This document shows, piece after piece, positions 25,093 through 37,479 of a stretch of 64,000 nucleotides of DNA. The notes below the pieces were generated by a model. That model was not told the origin of the DNA. It saw only the letters and a program-made list of their open reading frames with translations, and did not search any database. The stretch is from Tubulanus polymorphus. Taxonomy: Eukaryota; Animalia; Nemertea. The translations under genes and the position numbers were made by a program. The stretch is taken from the NCBI RefSeq assembly GCF_964204645.1, contig NC_134026.1, positions 12,609,950 to 12,673,949 on the forward strand, in the 5' to 3' direction. Position 1 is the first letter of the stretch. Each line of letters opens with the position of its first letter.

Positions 25093-25530
25093 ATGGAAGA
25101 TAAAGTTGATGATAATATTGATATCATTCCTCATGATATAAATAAAACTAAATTAAAAATATATTTAGAAAAACAAATATTAGAATTTGAAAGTGACTTG
25201 AAAGTTAAAAAGAAAAAATATCTAAAAAGTAAAATTATATATTATTTGATTATAAGTGGTTCGGTTACAATTAGTTCTGTAATAACATTTCTAGCAATAT
25301 TCAGTCCATTAAGACCTTTAGCTATATCAATTGGTGTGTTAGGATTAAGTTCAAGTGTTTTAACCGGTATAAGTTCAAAATTAAATATAAAAAGTAATAA
25401 AGAAAAAATTAAAACTAATATAAAAGAAATTAATAAATTAAAGAATACACTAGATTATATAATAAGTTTAAATGGTCATATAACAGTTGAAGAACAAGAT
25501 AAATTATTAAAAGAATTAATAAATTATTAA
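25093..25530 (+). CDS. Two-TM coiled-coil protein (145 aa)
   Basis: Two hydrophobic segments between Lys-rich helices. Confidence 0.7.
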   Translation: MEDKVDDNIDIIPHDINKTKLKIYLEKQILEFESDLKVKKKKYLKSKIIYYLIISGSVTISSVITFLAIFSPLRPLAISIGVLGLSSSVLTGISSKLNIKSNKEKIKTNIKEINKLKNTLDYIISLNGHITVEEQDKLLKELINY

Positions 25531-25546
25531 TTTTTTTATTAAATAA

Positions 25547-26922
25547 ATGGTAGATAGTTTTCCAAAAGCTTTCCAATATAATAAATCAATTAAATATAAT
25601 ATTCCAGCAATAGATTTTAATAAAGATATTACATATAGAAATGAAGTTTTAGATTCATTAACTAATTTAGAAATATATGTTACTGAAACTAATAATTTTA
25701 ATGCAAAGATGGAAAATATATTTCATGTATATTTAATTTCATTAAAAAATTGAAAGATGAAAAACAATGGTTATTAAAATCTAATATGAAGTATTGGCAG
25801 AACCAATTAAATTTTGCTGTTTATTGTGCAACAACAGGTTGTGGAATTAGTTGGAATGATCATTTGAATAATTCTAAATATAAATTAATTCAAAGTTTAT
25901 TTAGATTTCATACATACTTTCAAATCAGAATAATATTAAATGAATTAGAGTGCGCTTTACCAGGATCTTGGTATTTTAAAGAATTAGATAATAATATTAA
26001 TTTATCAAAGTTTTATAAAATTTGTAATGAATTTAATATAGATATAAATAATTCTGATTTTAGAACAAAAATTGGAACAATAAGATCACTTCCTTGCCCT
26101 AAAAAGATTGCAGAATATTGTGCACTTCCCATACCATCTAATAGTTTTTATAATATCTATAATAATAAATTAGGTTATGGTAAAATAGAAACAAAGGATT
26201 TAGAAACATTAAATTTCAATAAATTACCGAAATTTTATGATCATTTAAAACAAGAAAACAATAATGGTTGGGTTTATTTCATTTTAGAAAATAATGAAGG
26301 TTTTACAAAATCAGGTATACAAAGAATAAATCAATCTATTAGAACTTATTTGATATGTATTCTAGGATCACAAGTTGAAACAAGATCACCGATAATTGGA
26401 AATTTGAATACATCATTCGATACACAAAAACAATTTAAAGTTTTATTTGAAGATTCCATACATAATGATAAAAATAGATCGATTCCAGAAAACATTGTAA
26501 GATATCAAAATTATTTAGATAAATCACATATTAGATTAAATTATTGTATAGGCCCTAATCTATTAATTATTTCTAATGATTTAGTATTAAAGATGGGAAA
26601 TATAATTGGTTACAATAATCTAATTAAAACTGCAACAATAAATAATTCATTTGGATTAAATGATATAAATAAAAAGATTATAACTGCTCCAAAATTAATG
26701 GAAGGAGAAAAAAATAAAAAACATATTCAATCAACAGAAACTAAAACTAAGAATAATAAATTAAATAATGATTCTAAAATAAAAGATTATAATACTACAG
26801 AAAATATTAAAACTGATAATATTCAACATGATATAATTAAAACTGATAATGACAATAAATTACATGAAAATACTAAATTAGCTTTAACTTGTATAGGAAT
26901 TGTTAAAGGAGGAATATTATAT
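25547..26922 (+). pseudogene. Polinton hypothetical protein, frameshifted near 25740; true 3' end displaced to 35972-35983
   Basis: YWQNQLNFAVYCATTGCGIS, GIQRINQSIRTY..ILGSQ; removing the insertion restores GGILYFKF*. Confidence 0.75.
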
Positions 26923-27929
26923 TTAGGGTTTTCTGTTATTTCACAGAAAACCCTATTGATATCCGCGTGATTATTATTATTATTATTTTCTTCCAAAGCT
27001 CTGTCGAGCCGTAAACATCGACGAATCGACGTGTGTTAGTACATCGTCGTTCCGGGGATCAGCTGCGAGTTTCTCCTCATCATGAGAATCAAATCGAGTA
27101 GAAATTAATTTATTACTACTAGTGATTTGGCTGCGGGTTTCAAGGAGTTAGTTTAACAATACCTATTTTTCTTTACCGAATTAACCGTGTATTTACTAAG
27201 ATATATCTTTAGTGTACCGGGGAATCGTAGGCCTAAACCAAACACGCCGAAGAGATATAGCGGAGAAAAGCTGTTATGTCGACGAGGTATCAAAATAAAA
27301 TATATATTACTTTATTCGACCGCGGGCTACAAACTCTATACCAATACCATCAATACTCTATATTTCCTACAGTACATACCGATCATTGTCAAATGCAGAA
27401 GGTATTTACTAAAAACAAGTATATAACACACTCCTTTCCGTATGCTGGACTCACACTTGACATTCGGAGTAAGCGTTCGCTGTGGGGGAAAGAAGATCGT
27501 TCGCTGTGTCGCTTGAAGTGTTTATCGAGTTTTACGCGGCTTTAGGCCTACCGGTACTGAGCTATACTAAAACACAGTATAATTGTTGCCTTTATTAACG
27601 GACTCATTGGATTGAACTTCAAAACAAAATTTACGATATTTAGGTGGGTTGTTATTCAATAGGCCTACGACCAATCTGTCCGGATGTTAGGCCTACGCAT
27701 ATACATAGGCCTACATAGGCTAGTAGCCACTTCTAGGTTAAGCGTTCGCTGTGGGGGAAAGGAGATCGTTCGCTGTGTCGCTTGAAGTGTTTATCGAGTT
27801 TTACGCGACCTTAAGGCTTTATAGTATGGATGCTGATAAGGGCCATGCGTAAAAAAACACGTATATGCAAATGAGGGCGACATTATAACAAAACGACAAA
27901 ACTAAAATAAGGCGACAAAACAATAATTT

Positions 27930-30383
27930 CGGTTTTGGCGCCCCCGACATATCATTATTTTGGTTTTATCGCCCGCGACAATTCATTATTTTGGTGTTGT
28001 CGCACGCGACAATTCATTATTTTGGTTTTATCGCCCGCGACAATTTTTTTTTGTCGCGGTTTTATAGCCTGCGACAATTCAATATTTTGGTTTTATCGCC
28101 AGTGACAATTCATTATTTTGGTTTTATCGCCCGCAACAATTCATTAGTTTGGTTTTGTCGCCCGCGACAATTCAATATTTTGGTTTTGTCGCCCGGGACA
28201 ATTCATTATTTTGGTTTTATCGCCCGCGACAATTCATTATTTTGGTTTTATCGCCCGCGACAGTTCATTATTTTGGTTTTGTAGCACGCGACAATTCATT
28301 ATTTTGGTTTTATCGCCTGCGACAATTTTTTTTTTTGTCGCGGTTTTATCGCCTACGACACTTCAATATTTTGGTTTTATCGCCTGCGACAATTCAATAT
28401 TTTGGTTTTATCACCAGCGACAATTCATTATTTTGGTTTTATCGCCCGCGACAATACATTATTTTGGTTTTGTCGCCCGCGACAATTCATTATTTTGGTT
28501 TTATCGCCCGCGACAATTCATTATTTTGGTGTTGTCGCACGCGACAATTCATTATTTTTGTTTTATCGCCCTCGACAATTTTTTTTTTGTTGCGGTTTTA
28601 TAGCCTGCGACAATTCAATATTTTGGTTTTATCGCCAGTGACAATTCATTATTTTGGTTTTATCGCCCGCAACAATTCATTAGTTTGGTTTTGTCGCCCG
28701 CAACAATTCAATATTTTGGTTTTGTCGCCCGGGACAATTCATTATTTTGGTTTTATCGCCCGCGACAATTCATTATTTTGGTTTTATCGCCCGCGACAGT
28801 TCATTATTTTGGTTTTGTAGCACGCGACAATTCATAATTTTGGTTTTATCGCCTGCGACAATTTTTTTTTTGTCGCGGTTTTATCGCCTACGATACTTCA
28901 ATATTTTGGTTTTATCGCCTGCGACAATTCAATATTTTGGTTTTATCACCAGCGACAATTCATTATTTTGGTTTTATCGCCCGCGACAATACATTATTTT
29001 GGTTTTGTCGCCCGCGACAATTCATTATTTAGGTTTTATCGCCCGCGACAATTCATTATTTTGGTTTTATCGCCTGCGACAATTTTTTTTAATGTCGCGG
29101 TTTTATCGCCTGCGACAATTCAATATTTTGGTTTTGTCCACGCAACAATTCAATATTTTGGTTTTATCGCCTGCGACAATTCAATATTTTGGTTTTATCG
29201 CCCGCAACAATTCATTAGTTTGGTTTTGTTGCCCGCGACAATTCATTATTTTGGTTTTATCGCCCGCGACAATTCATTATTTTGGTTTTATCGCCCGCGA
29301 CAATTCATTATTTTGGTTTTGTCGCACGCGACAATTCATTATTTTGGTTTTATCGCCCGCGACAATTCATTATTTAGGTTTTATCGTCCGCGACAATTCA
29401 ATATTTTGGTTTTATCACCAGCAACAATTCATTATTTTGGTTTTATCGCCCACGACAATTCATTATTTTGGTTTTATCGCCTGCGACAATTCATTAGTTT
29501 GGTTTTGTCGCCCGCGACAATTCAATATTTTGGTTTTGTCCACGCAACAATTCAATATTTTGGTTTTATCGCCTGCGACAATTCAATATTTTGGTTTTAT
29601 CGCCCGCAACAATTCATTAGTTTGGTTTTGTTGCCCGCGACAATTCATTATTTTGGTTTTATCGCCCGCGACAATTCATTATTTTGGTTTTATCGCCCGC
29701 GACAATTCATTATTTTGGTTTTGTCGCACGCGACAATTCATTATTTTGGTTTTATCGCCCGCGACAATTCATTATTTTGGTTTTATCGTCCGCGACAATT
29801 CAATATTTTGGTTTTATCACCAGCAACAATTCATTATTTTGGTTTTATCGCCCGCAACAATTCATTAGTTTGGTTTTGTCGCCCGCAACAATTCAATATT
29901 TTGGTTTTGTCGCCCGGGACAATTCATTATTTTGGTTTTATCGCCCGCGACAATTCATTATTTTGGTTTTATCGCCCGCGACAGTTCATTATTTTGGTTT
30001 TGTAGCACGCGACAATTCATTATTTTGGTTTTATCACCCGCGACAAGTCATTAGTTTGGTTTTGTCGCCCGCGACAATTCAATATTTTGGTTTTATCGCC
30101 TGCGACAATTCAATATTTTGGTTTTATCGCCAGCGACAATTCATTATTTTGGTTTTATCACCCGCGACAATTCATTAGTTTGGTTTTGTCGCCCGCGACA
30201 ATTCAATATTTTGGTTTTGTCGCCCGCGACAATTCAAGATTTTGGTTTTGTCGCCCGTGACAATTCATTTTTTTTTGGTTTTGTCGCCCGCGACAATTCA
30301 ATATTTTGGTTTTATCGCCAGCGACAAATGATTATTTTGGTTTTATCGCCCGCGACAATTAATTTTTTTGGTTTTGTCGCCCA
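27930..30383 (+). repeat. 31-bp satellite array, about 79 units
   Basis: Unit ttttggttttatcgcccgcgacaattcatta. Confidence 0.97.
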
Positions 30384-31327
30384 CTTTGTTAGCTTTTGAA
30401 TAATTAGGCCAATTAATAACGTAATAAAGACTTATGCTTTCGCCTATTTTGAAGTCGATTAATCTGATATAGTACGGAAGCGATAAAGGGCCTCGAGTTG
30501 TGGCGTTCAAACTCGACAAGTCGCCATATTTATGTCGATATATCGCGTCAAGTCCACATGAATATGTCTACATATCGTGACGTTTTCACAACAAATTTCG
30601 CTTTTTGCTCATTTTCCACGGGACAAGCCGTCATTTGAAGACATGTCTAAGTGTAAGATGAGGACGCTAGTAATATGACGACTGAGTTTCAAGTCGTCAT
30701 GAATATGTCGACTTGTCGTGAGGAAAATGGTCGAGGAAACGAAATATGTCGTCAAAACGTCACGATATATCGACTTGACGCGATATATCGCGGTATGTCG
30801 ACATAAATATGGCGACTATTCGAGTTGGAACGTGACATCTTGAGCCCCCTTATCGCTTTTATTTAGGGTTTTCTGTTATTTCACAGAAAACCCTATTGAT
30901 ATCCGCGTGATTATTATTATTATTATTTTCTTCCAAAGCTCTGTCGAGCCGTAAACATCGACGAATCGACGTGTGTTAGTACATCGTCGTTCCGGGGATC
31001 AGCTGCGAGTTTCTCCTCATCATGAGAATCAAATCGAGTAGAAATTAATTTATTACTACTAGTGATTTGGCTGCGGGTTTCAAGGAGTTAGTTTAACAAT
31101 ACCTATTTTTCTTTACCGAATTAACCGTGTATTTACTAAGATATATCTTTAGTGTACCGGGGAATCGTAGGCCTAATCCAAACACGCCGAAGAGATATAG
31201 CGGAGAAAAGCTGTTATGTCGACGAGGTATCAAAATAAAATATATATTACTTTATTCGACCGCGGGCTACAAACTCTATACCAATACCATCAATACTCTA
31301 TATTTCCTACAGTACATACCGATCATT

Positions 31328-31952
31328 GGCGCTATTGCACTTTCGTACCCCCCTCCCAAAAATTTTTATTTCAGCATATTTATTATCAGGGAGGTCTGTA
31401 GAGTCAAAATAAATTACTTTTGACAAAAAAAAATAATTTTTTCCAAGCCAAAATTCTGATAATTTGGGGCCGATTTCCTCGATTCAAACCGACGGGTCGG
31501 CCATGTTTCCGCACTAATTACCACCTAAAAACATCTGAATAAATATATCTCAATAAATGGAATTGAATTGAATTGACATAATTTCGTTTTTGGGTACATA
31601 ACTTTTCTTCATCAGGACATCTTTAAATCAATAGCTAAGTATGAAAATAATGCAATCATACGCGTTATTTTCAGAGATGGTTATGTTTGAAAACATGGTT
31701 TTTGCAAAGTTTTTATGTCATGACATTTCAGTGGAGGGTTAGCAACTTTGATTGACATCCAATATGGCGTTGTTGACGTCGCGAATCGGCGAATTTAAAC
31801 GCGATTTAGGGCCCAAAATAACAAAATTTTAACCTACAAAAATTAAGTTTTTTGGGTCAAAAGTTACTGATTTTGAATCTCTAGACCTCCCTGATAATAA
31901 ATATGCTGAAATAAAAATTTTTGGGAGGGGGGTACGAAAGTGCAATAGCGCC
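31328..31952. mobile_element. 625-bp MITE, TIRs of about 110 bp, 8-bp TSD; Merlin-like
   Basis: GGCGCTATTGCAC..GTGCAATAGCGCC flanked by CGATCATT twice; empty site at about 27380. Confidence 0.88.
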
Positions 31953-32284
31953 CGATCATTGTCAAATGCAGAAGGTATTTACTAAAAACAAGTATATAAC
32001 ACACTCCTTTCCGTATGCTGGACTCACACTTGACATTCGGAGTAAGCGTTCGCTGTGGGGGAAAGAAGATCGTTCGCTGTGTCGCTTGAAGTGTTTATCG
32101 AGTTTTACGCGGCTTTAGGCCTACCGGTACTGAGCTATACTAAAACACAGTATAATTGTTGCCTTTATTAACGGACTCATTGGATTGAACTTCAAAACAA
32201 AATTTACGATATTTAGGTGGGTTGTTATTCAATAGGCCTACGACCAATCTGTCCGGATGTTAGGCCTACGCATATACATAGGCC

Positions 32285-33963
32285 AATTCAATATTTTGGT
32301 TTTATCGCCAGTAATTCATTATTTTGGTTTTATCGCCTACGACACTTCAATATTTTGGTTTTATCGCCTGCGACAATTCAATATTTTGGTTTTATCACCA
32401 GCGACAATTCATTATTTTGGTTTTATCGCCCGCGACAATACATTATTTTGGTTTTGTCGCCCGCGACAATTCATTATTCTGGTTTTATCGCCCGCGACAA
32501 TTCATTATTTTGGTGTTGTCGCACGCGACAATTCATTATTTTGGTTTTATCGCCCTCGACAATTTTTTTTTTGTCGCGGTTTTATAGCCTGCGACAATTC
32601 AATATTTTGGTTTTATCGCCAGTGACAATTCATTATTTTGGTTTTATCGCCCGCAACAATTCATTAGTTTGGTTTTGTCGCCCGCAACAATTCAATATTT
32701 TGGTTTTGTCGCCCGGGACAATTCATTATTTTGGTTTTATCGCCCGCGACAATTCATTATTTTGGTTTTATCGCCCGCGACAGTTCATTATTTTGGTTTT
32801 GTAGCACGCGACAATTCATTATTTTGGTTTTATCGCCTGCGACAATTTTTTTTTTGTCGCGGTTTTAACGCCTACGACACTTCAATATTTTGGTTTTATC
32901 GCCTGCGACAATTCAATATTTTGGTTTTATCACCAGCGACAATTCATTATTTTGGTTTTATCGCCCACGACAATACATTATTTTGGTTTTGTCGCCCGCG
33001 ACAATTCATTATTTAGGTTTTATCGCCAGCGACAATTCATTATTTTTGTTTTATCGCCTGCGACAATTTTTTTTTATGTCGCGGTTTTATCGCCTGCGAC
33101 AATTCAATATTTTGGTTTTGTCCACGCAACAATTCAATATTTTGGTTTTATCGCCTGCGACAATTCTATATTTTGGTTTTATCGCCCGCAACAATTCATT
33201 AGTTTGGTTTTGTTGCCCGTGACAATTCATTATTTTGGTTTTATCGCCCGCGACAATTCATTATTTTGGTTTTATCGCCCGCGACAATTCATTATTTTGG
33301 TTTTGTCGCACGCGACAATTCATTATTTTGGTTTTATCGCCCGCGACAATTCATTATTTTGGTTTTATCGTCCGCGACAATTCAATATTTTGGTTTTATC
33401 ACCAGCAACAATTCATTATTTTGGTTTTATCGCCCACGACAATTCATTATTTTGGTTTTATCGCCTGCGACAATTCATTAGTTTGGTTTTGTCGCCCGCG
33501 ACAATCCAATATTTTGGTTTTGTCCACGCAACAATTCAATATTTTGGTTTTATCGCCTGCGACAATTCAATATTTTGGTTTTATCGCCAGCGACAATTCA
33601 TTATTTTGGTTTTATCACCCGCGACAATTCATTAGCTTGGTTTTGTCGCCCGCGACAATTCAATATTTTGGTTTTATCGCCTGCGACAATTCAATATTTT
33701 GGTTTTATCGCCAGCGACAATTCATTATTTTGGTTTTATCACCCGCGACAATTCATTAGTTTGGTTTTGTCGCCCGCGACAATTCAATATTTTGGTTTTG
33801 TCGCCCGCGACAAATCAAGATTTTGGTTTTATCGCCCGTGACAATTCATTTTTTTTTGGTTTTGTCGCCCGCGACAATTCAATATTTTGGTTTTATCGCC
33901 AGCGACAAATGATTATTTTGGTTTTATCGCCCGCGACAATTAATTTTTTTGGTTTTGTCGCCC
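32285..33963 (+). repeat. 31-bp satellite array, about 54 units
   Basis: Same unit and a similar variant order to 27930-30383. Confidence 0.97.
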
Positions 33964-34053
33964 ACTTTGTTAGCTTTTGAATAATTAGGCCAATTAATAA
34001 CGTAATAAAGACTTATGCTTTCGCCTATTTTGAAGTCGATTAATCTGATATAG

Positions 34054-35130
34054 TACGGAAGCGATAAAGGGCCTCGAGTTGTGGCGTTCAAACTCGACAA
34101 GTCGCCATATTTATGTCGATATATCGCGTCAAGTCCACATGAATATGTCTACATATCGTGACGTTTTCACAACAAATTTCGCTTTTTTGCTCATTTTCCA
34201 CGGGACAAGCCGTCATTTGAAGACATGTCTAAGTGTAAGATGAGGACGCTAGTAATATGACGACTGAGTTTCAAGTCGTCATGAATATGTCGACTTGTCG
34301 CGAGGAAAATGGTCGAGGAAACGAAATATGTCGTCAAAACGTCACGATATATCGACTTGACGCGATATATCGCGGTATGTCGACATAAATATGGCGACTA
34401 TTCGAGTTGGAACGTGACATCTCGAGCCCCCTTATCGCTTCCGTAGATAATGTGTCGAATATTAAGGTCATTTTGGCAGATTCTTTTTTTTTTTAAGTGA
34501 TATTTACGGAAGCGATAAGGGGCCTCGAGATGTCGCGTTCCAACTCGACAAGTCGTCATATTTATGTCGATATATCGTGATATATTGCGTCAAGTCGACA
34601 TGAATATGTCGACATACCGTGACGTTTTGACGACATATTTCGTTTTCGCGACCATTTTCCTCGCGACAAGTCGACATATTCACGACGACTTGAAACCCAG
34701 TCGCCATATTAGTGGCGTCCTCATCTTACATTTAGACGTGTCTTCAAATGACGGCTTGTCCCGTGGAAAATGGGCGAAAAAGCGAAATTTGTCGTGAAAA
34801 CGTCACGATATGTCGACATATTCATGTCGACTTGACGCGATATATCGCGATATGTCGACATAAATATGGCGACTTGTCGAGTTGGAACGCGACATCTCGA
34901 GGCCCCTTATCGCTTCCGTAGATATTAAAGCGATCATTCAAGTGATCCTACTTAATGAAAGATCTACGGAAGCGATAAAGGGCCTCGAGTTGTCGCGTTC
35001 CAACTCGACAAGTCGCCATGTTTATGTCGATATATCGCGATATATCGCATCAAGTCAACATAAATATGTTGACGTATCGTGACGTTTTGACGACTTGAAA
35101 CTCAGTCGTCATATCACTGGCGTCCTGACC
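34054..35130. mobile_element. Cluster of three related MITEs of about 400 bp (34054-34445, 34505-34920, 34965-truncated); IS3EU-like
   Basis: TIR TACGGAAGCGATAA..TTATCGCTTCCGTA; the middle copy has TSD GATATT and is absent from the homologous site near 6760. Confidence 0.8.
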
Positions 35131-35999
35131 TTTCAGCAACGCCAGTCACATGGAGTCGTACGTGTTCTACTTTCTGCGATGCGAGAAAATCGCAAGAACA
35201 AAGTTGAACAAACTTTTTTTTGTCCAAACGAAAGGTTTTTCGTTTGAACAATCGTTCAATTGAACAGAATCTTTTTTAATTTGAACAGAATTTTCTTGTC
35301 AGAACATTAAGTTTTTCGTTCGAACAAGTATATTGAAAAAAGTTTTTTCTCCGAACCGAAAGTATGAAGTATTTCGTTCAATCGAACAGAATTGTTTTCA
35401 TTCAAACATTCGTTCGAAAAAATTGTTTTCGCTCCACCAAATTTTTTTGCCGGGACTTAAAATTTTTCATTTCAACTATAACATAGCTTTTTATTCGAAC
35501 ACATTTTTTGTCAGAATGAAGAAAATTTTTGGTTCAAGCAAAAAGCGTATTGTTCGATCAAACAGAATTATTTTCATTCAAACAAGATTTTCTTGTTGGA
35601 ACATTAAGTTTTTTGGTCGAACAGCGTGTTAAGGTCGATTTGGAAATTTACTCGGTCTGGGATATGTTGGATTAGTGTGTATGTCATTTGTCAGGACATT
35701 AAACAGAAGACAACTTAGGATACTACCTTGCGTGACTCCACTAGTTTGACCGACTTATTCCAAGATGAGGCGTTCCGTTGATTTCGGCTACAAGTTTTCG
35801 TTCAGAGATAACTGCTGAGCCATTTGGGCGACCTATCATTGATACTGTTTCCTAATAGCCTGTTTAGTAATGGCTGATGTTGTGCCTTATCAAATGCTTC
35901 GTCGAAATCCACCGTTGAACAGGATTCTAAGACTGTGCAGAAAACCCGTTATCGCTGCATTGCAGCTATATTTTAAATTTTAATTTTTTTATTATATAA

Positions 36000-37455
36000 A
36001 TGGATGTAGAAGGTGGAGAAGATATTGGAATGGATCCTTTTGATGAACCTGGTATAACTGATGAACAACCACCTGATTTTGATGAAACAAATTTTAATGA
36101 TGGTAATGAGCCAGAATATAATAATAATTTGAATATGCCTGATTATATTAAAAATGCTGAATCACAATTAAATCCCGAAAATTTAGACCCATATTTAGTA
36201 AAACAAGATTTAGATAATTTAAACAAAATAGCTAAATTAGAAGATTTAATTGAAAATTCTAAACTTAACATAAATGATGAAGACGTTGGACCTTTAGCAG
36301 ATCAATTAAGATTTTTAGATAATGGTAAATGTTATTATCATTTGAAAGATGATTATTATATTGCTATCACTCATAAAAATAATAAAAATAAAATATTAAC
36401 AAAATCAACTTTGAGTGATTTAGATCCAGATAGAATTAAGAGAATAAGTATTAGTAATGATATAGAAGAAGATTTAACACAAACAGAAATGAATAAAAAT
36501 AGAGAAGTATTTAAACAAAGAATTAATGAATTATTTGAAATAATCAAAAAGAAATCAGAAACAGAAACAACTTCTGAACAGAATATAACTTCCAAAAATA
36601 GTAAACTTAAATCAAATAAAGTTCCAATTGAAAAACTTTTACCGAATGGATTACTTGATGCAACAGATCAACAATTAGAAGATTTAGATATATTTTCTGA
36701 TAAAGCAATTAGAGAAATTATTAAGACTTGCATCTGATAAAATTGCACATAATAAAAGTATAAGAGATCAAAAAATTATGTATTTGGAAAAAGAATTAAC
36801 TAATGCAAATAAAGAAATAGAACAAATAAAGTCCGATTTAGATCATCAAGTAATTGATGAAATAGAATATAGGCAAAAAGAATTACGTTTAGAAAAAGAA
36901 ATTAGTAATTTAAAAGATAATTTAGAAGTACAGAAAGAAGAAATTAAATTATTATTAAAATCATATGATTATAATATTAATAGATTAAAAGTTATTTTTA
37001 AAGATTTGTTGATTAAACCAAATTCTGAAATATCATTAAAAGATAGAATAAAATTATTACTTAAATTAGAAGGAATAACAATTCTTTCAATTCTAACAGC
37101 TGTAACTATGTTATTTACAACAATTGGTTTAGCTATATCAAATGCTTTAAAATCTACACCTACTCCCAATAAACCGGATAAACCCCCGAATGATAATAAT
37201 TCTATACAAGATAAAGTTAAAGATGGTTTAAAGGAATTAGCAAAATATTTATGGGAACTATCTAAAAAATCTGCCGCAGCATTACCAGGAATTATTGCAT
37301 CAATTGTTGGTTTTATATTGAAATCTGCAGGAAACATTATTAACTTTGCTGCTGAACATATTATTTTATTTTTAATTACAGTTGTAAGTGCTATTATTTT
37401 TGGGTTAGTAAATATGATATCAAAAAGATATCAAGAAAAAAATAATAAAAAATAA
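36000..37455 (+). pseudogene. Large coiled-coil Polinton protein with C-terminal hydrophobic helices; frameshift near 36722
   Basis: An open frame RLASDKIAHNKSIRDQKI leads into the 36778 ATG; EGITILSILTA, ALPGIIASIV. Confidence 0.75.
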
Positions 37456-37479
37456 ATAATTAATTTTTTTGTTTAATAA

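Larger units (their letters stand above)
26923..35971 (+). mobile_element. HINE family 1 head-to-tail dimer (copy A 26923-30860, 3'-truncated; copy B about 30862-35971) inserted in a T-run without TSD
   Basis: 5' TAGGGTTTTCTG..CAGAAAACCCTA hairpin plus (TTA)n; 3' subTIR GAAAACCC plus palindrome GCTGCATTGCAGC plus TATATTT; the flanks rejoin in frame. Confidence 0.88.

Noticed and set aside
27930-30383. CRISPR-like appearance of the 31-bp arrays
   Set aside because: Units are contiguous with no unique spacers, there are no cas genes, and the context is eukaryotic.
27991-33980. Long ORFs with repeating VLSPATIHYFGFIARDNSLFWFYRPRQFIIL (also 7110-8100)
   Set aside because: Artefact of a 31-bp unit with no stop on one strand cycling through all three frames; not proteins.
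36371-37337. Antisense ORFs within Polinton genes (also 23498, 24262, 39711, 41369)
   Set aside because: Shadows of AT-rich sense-strand coding sequence.
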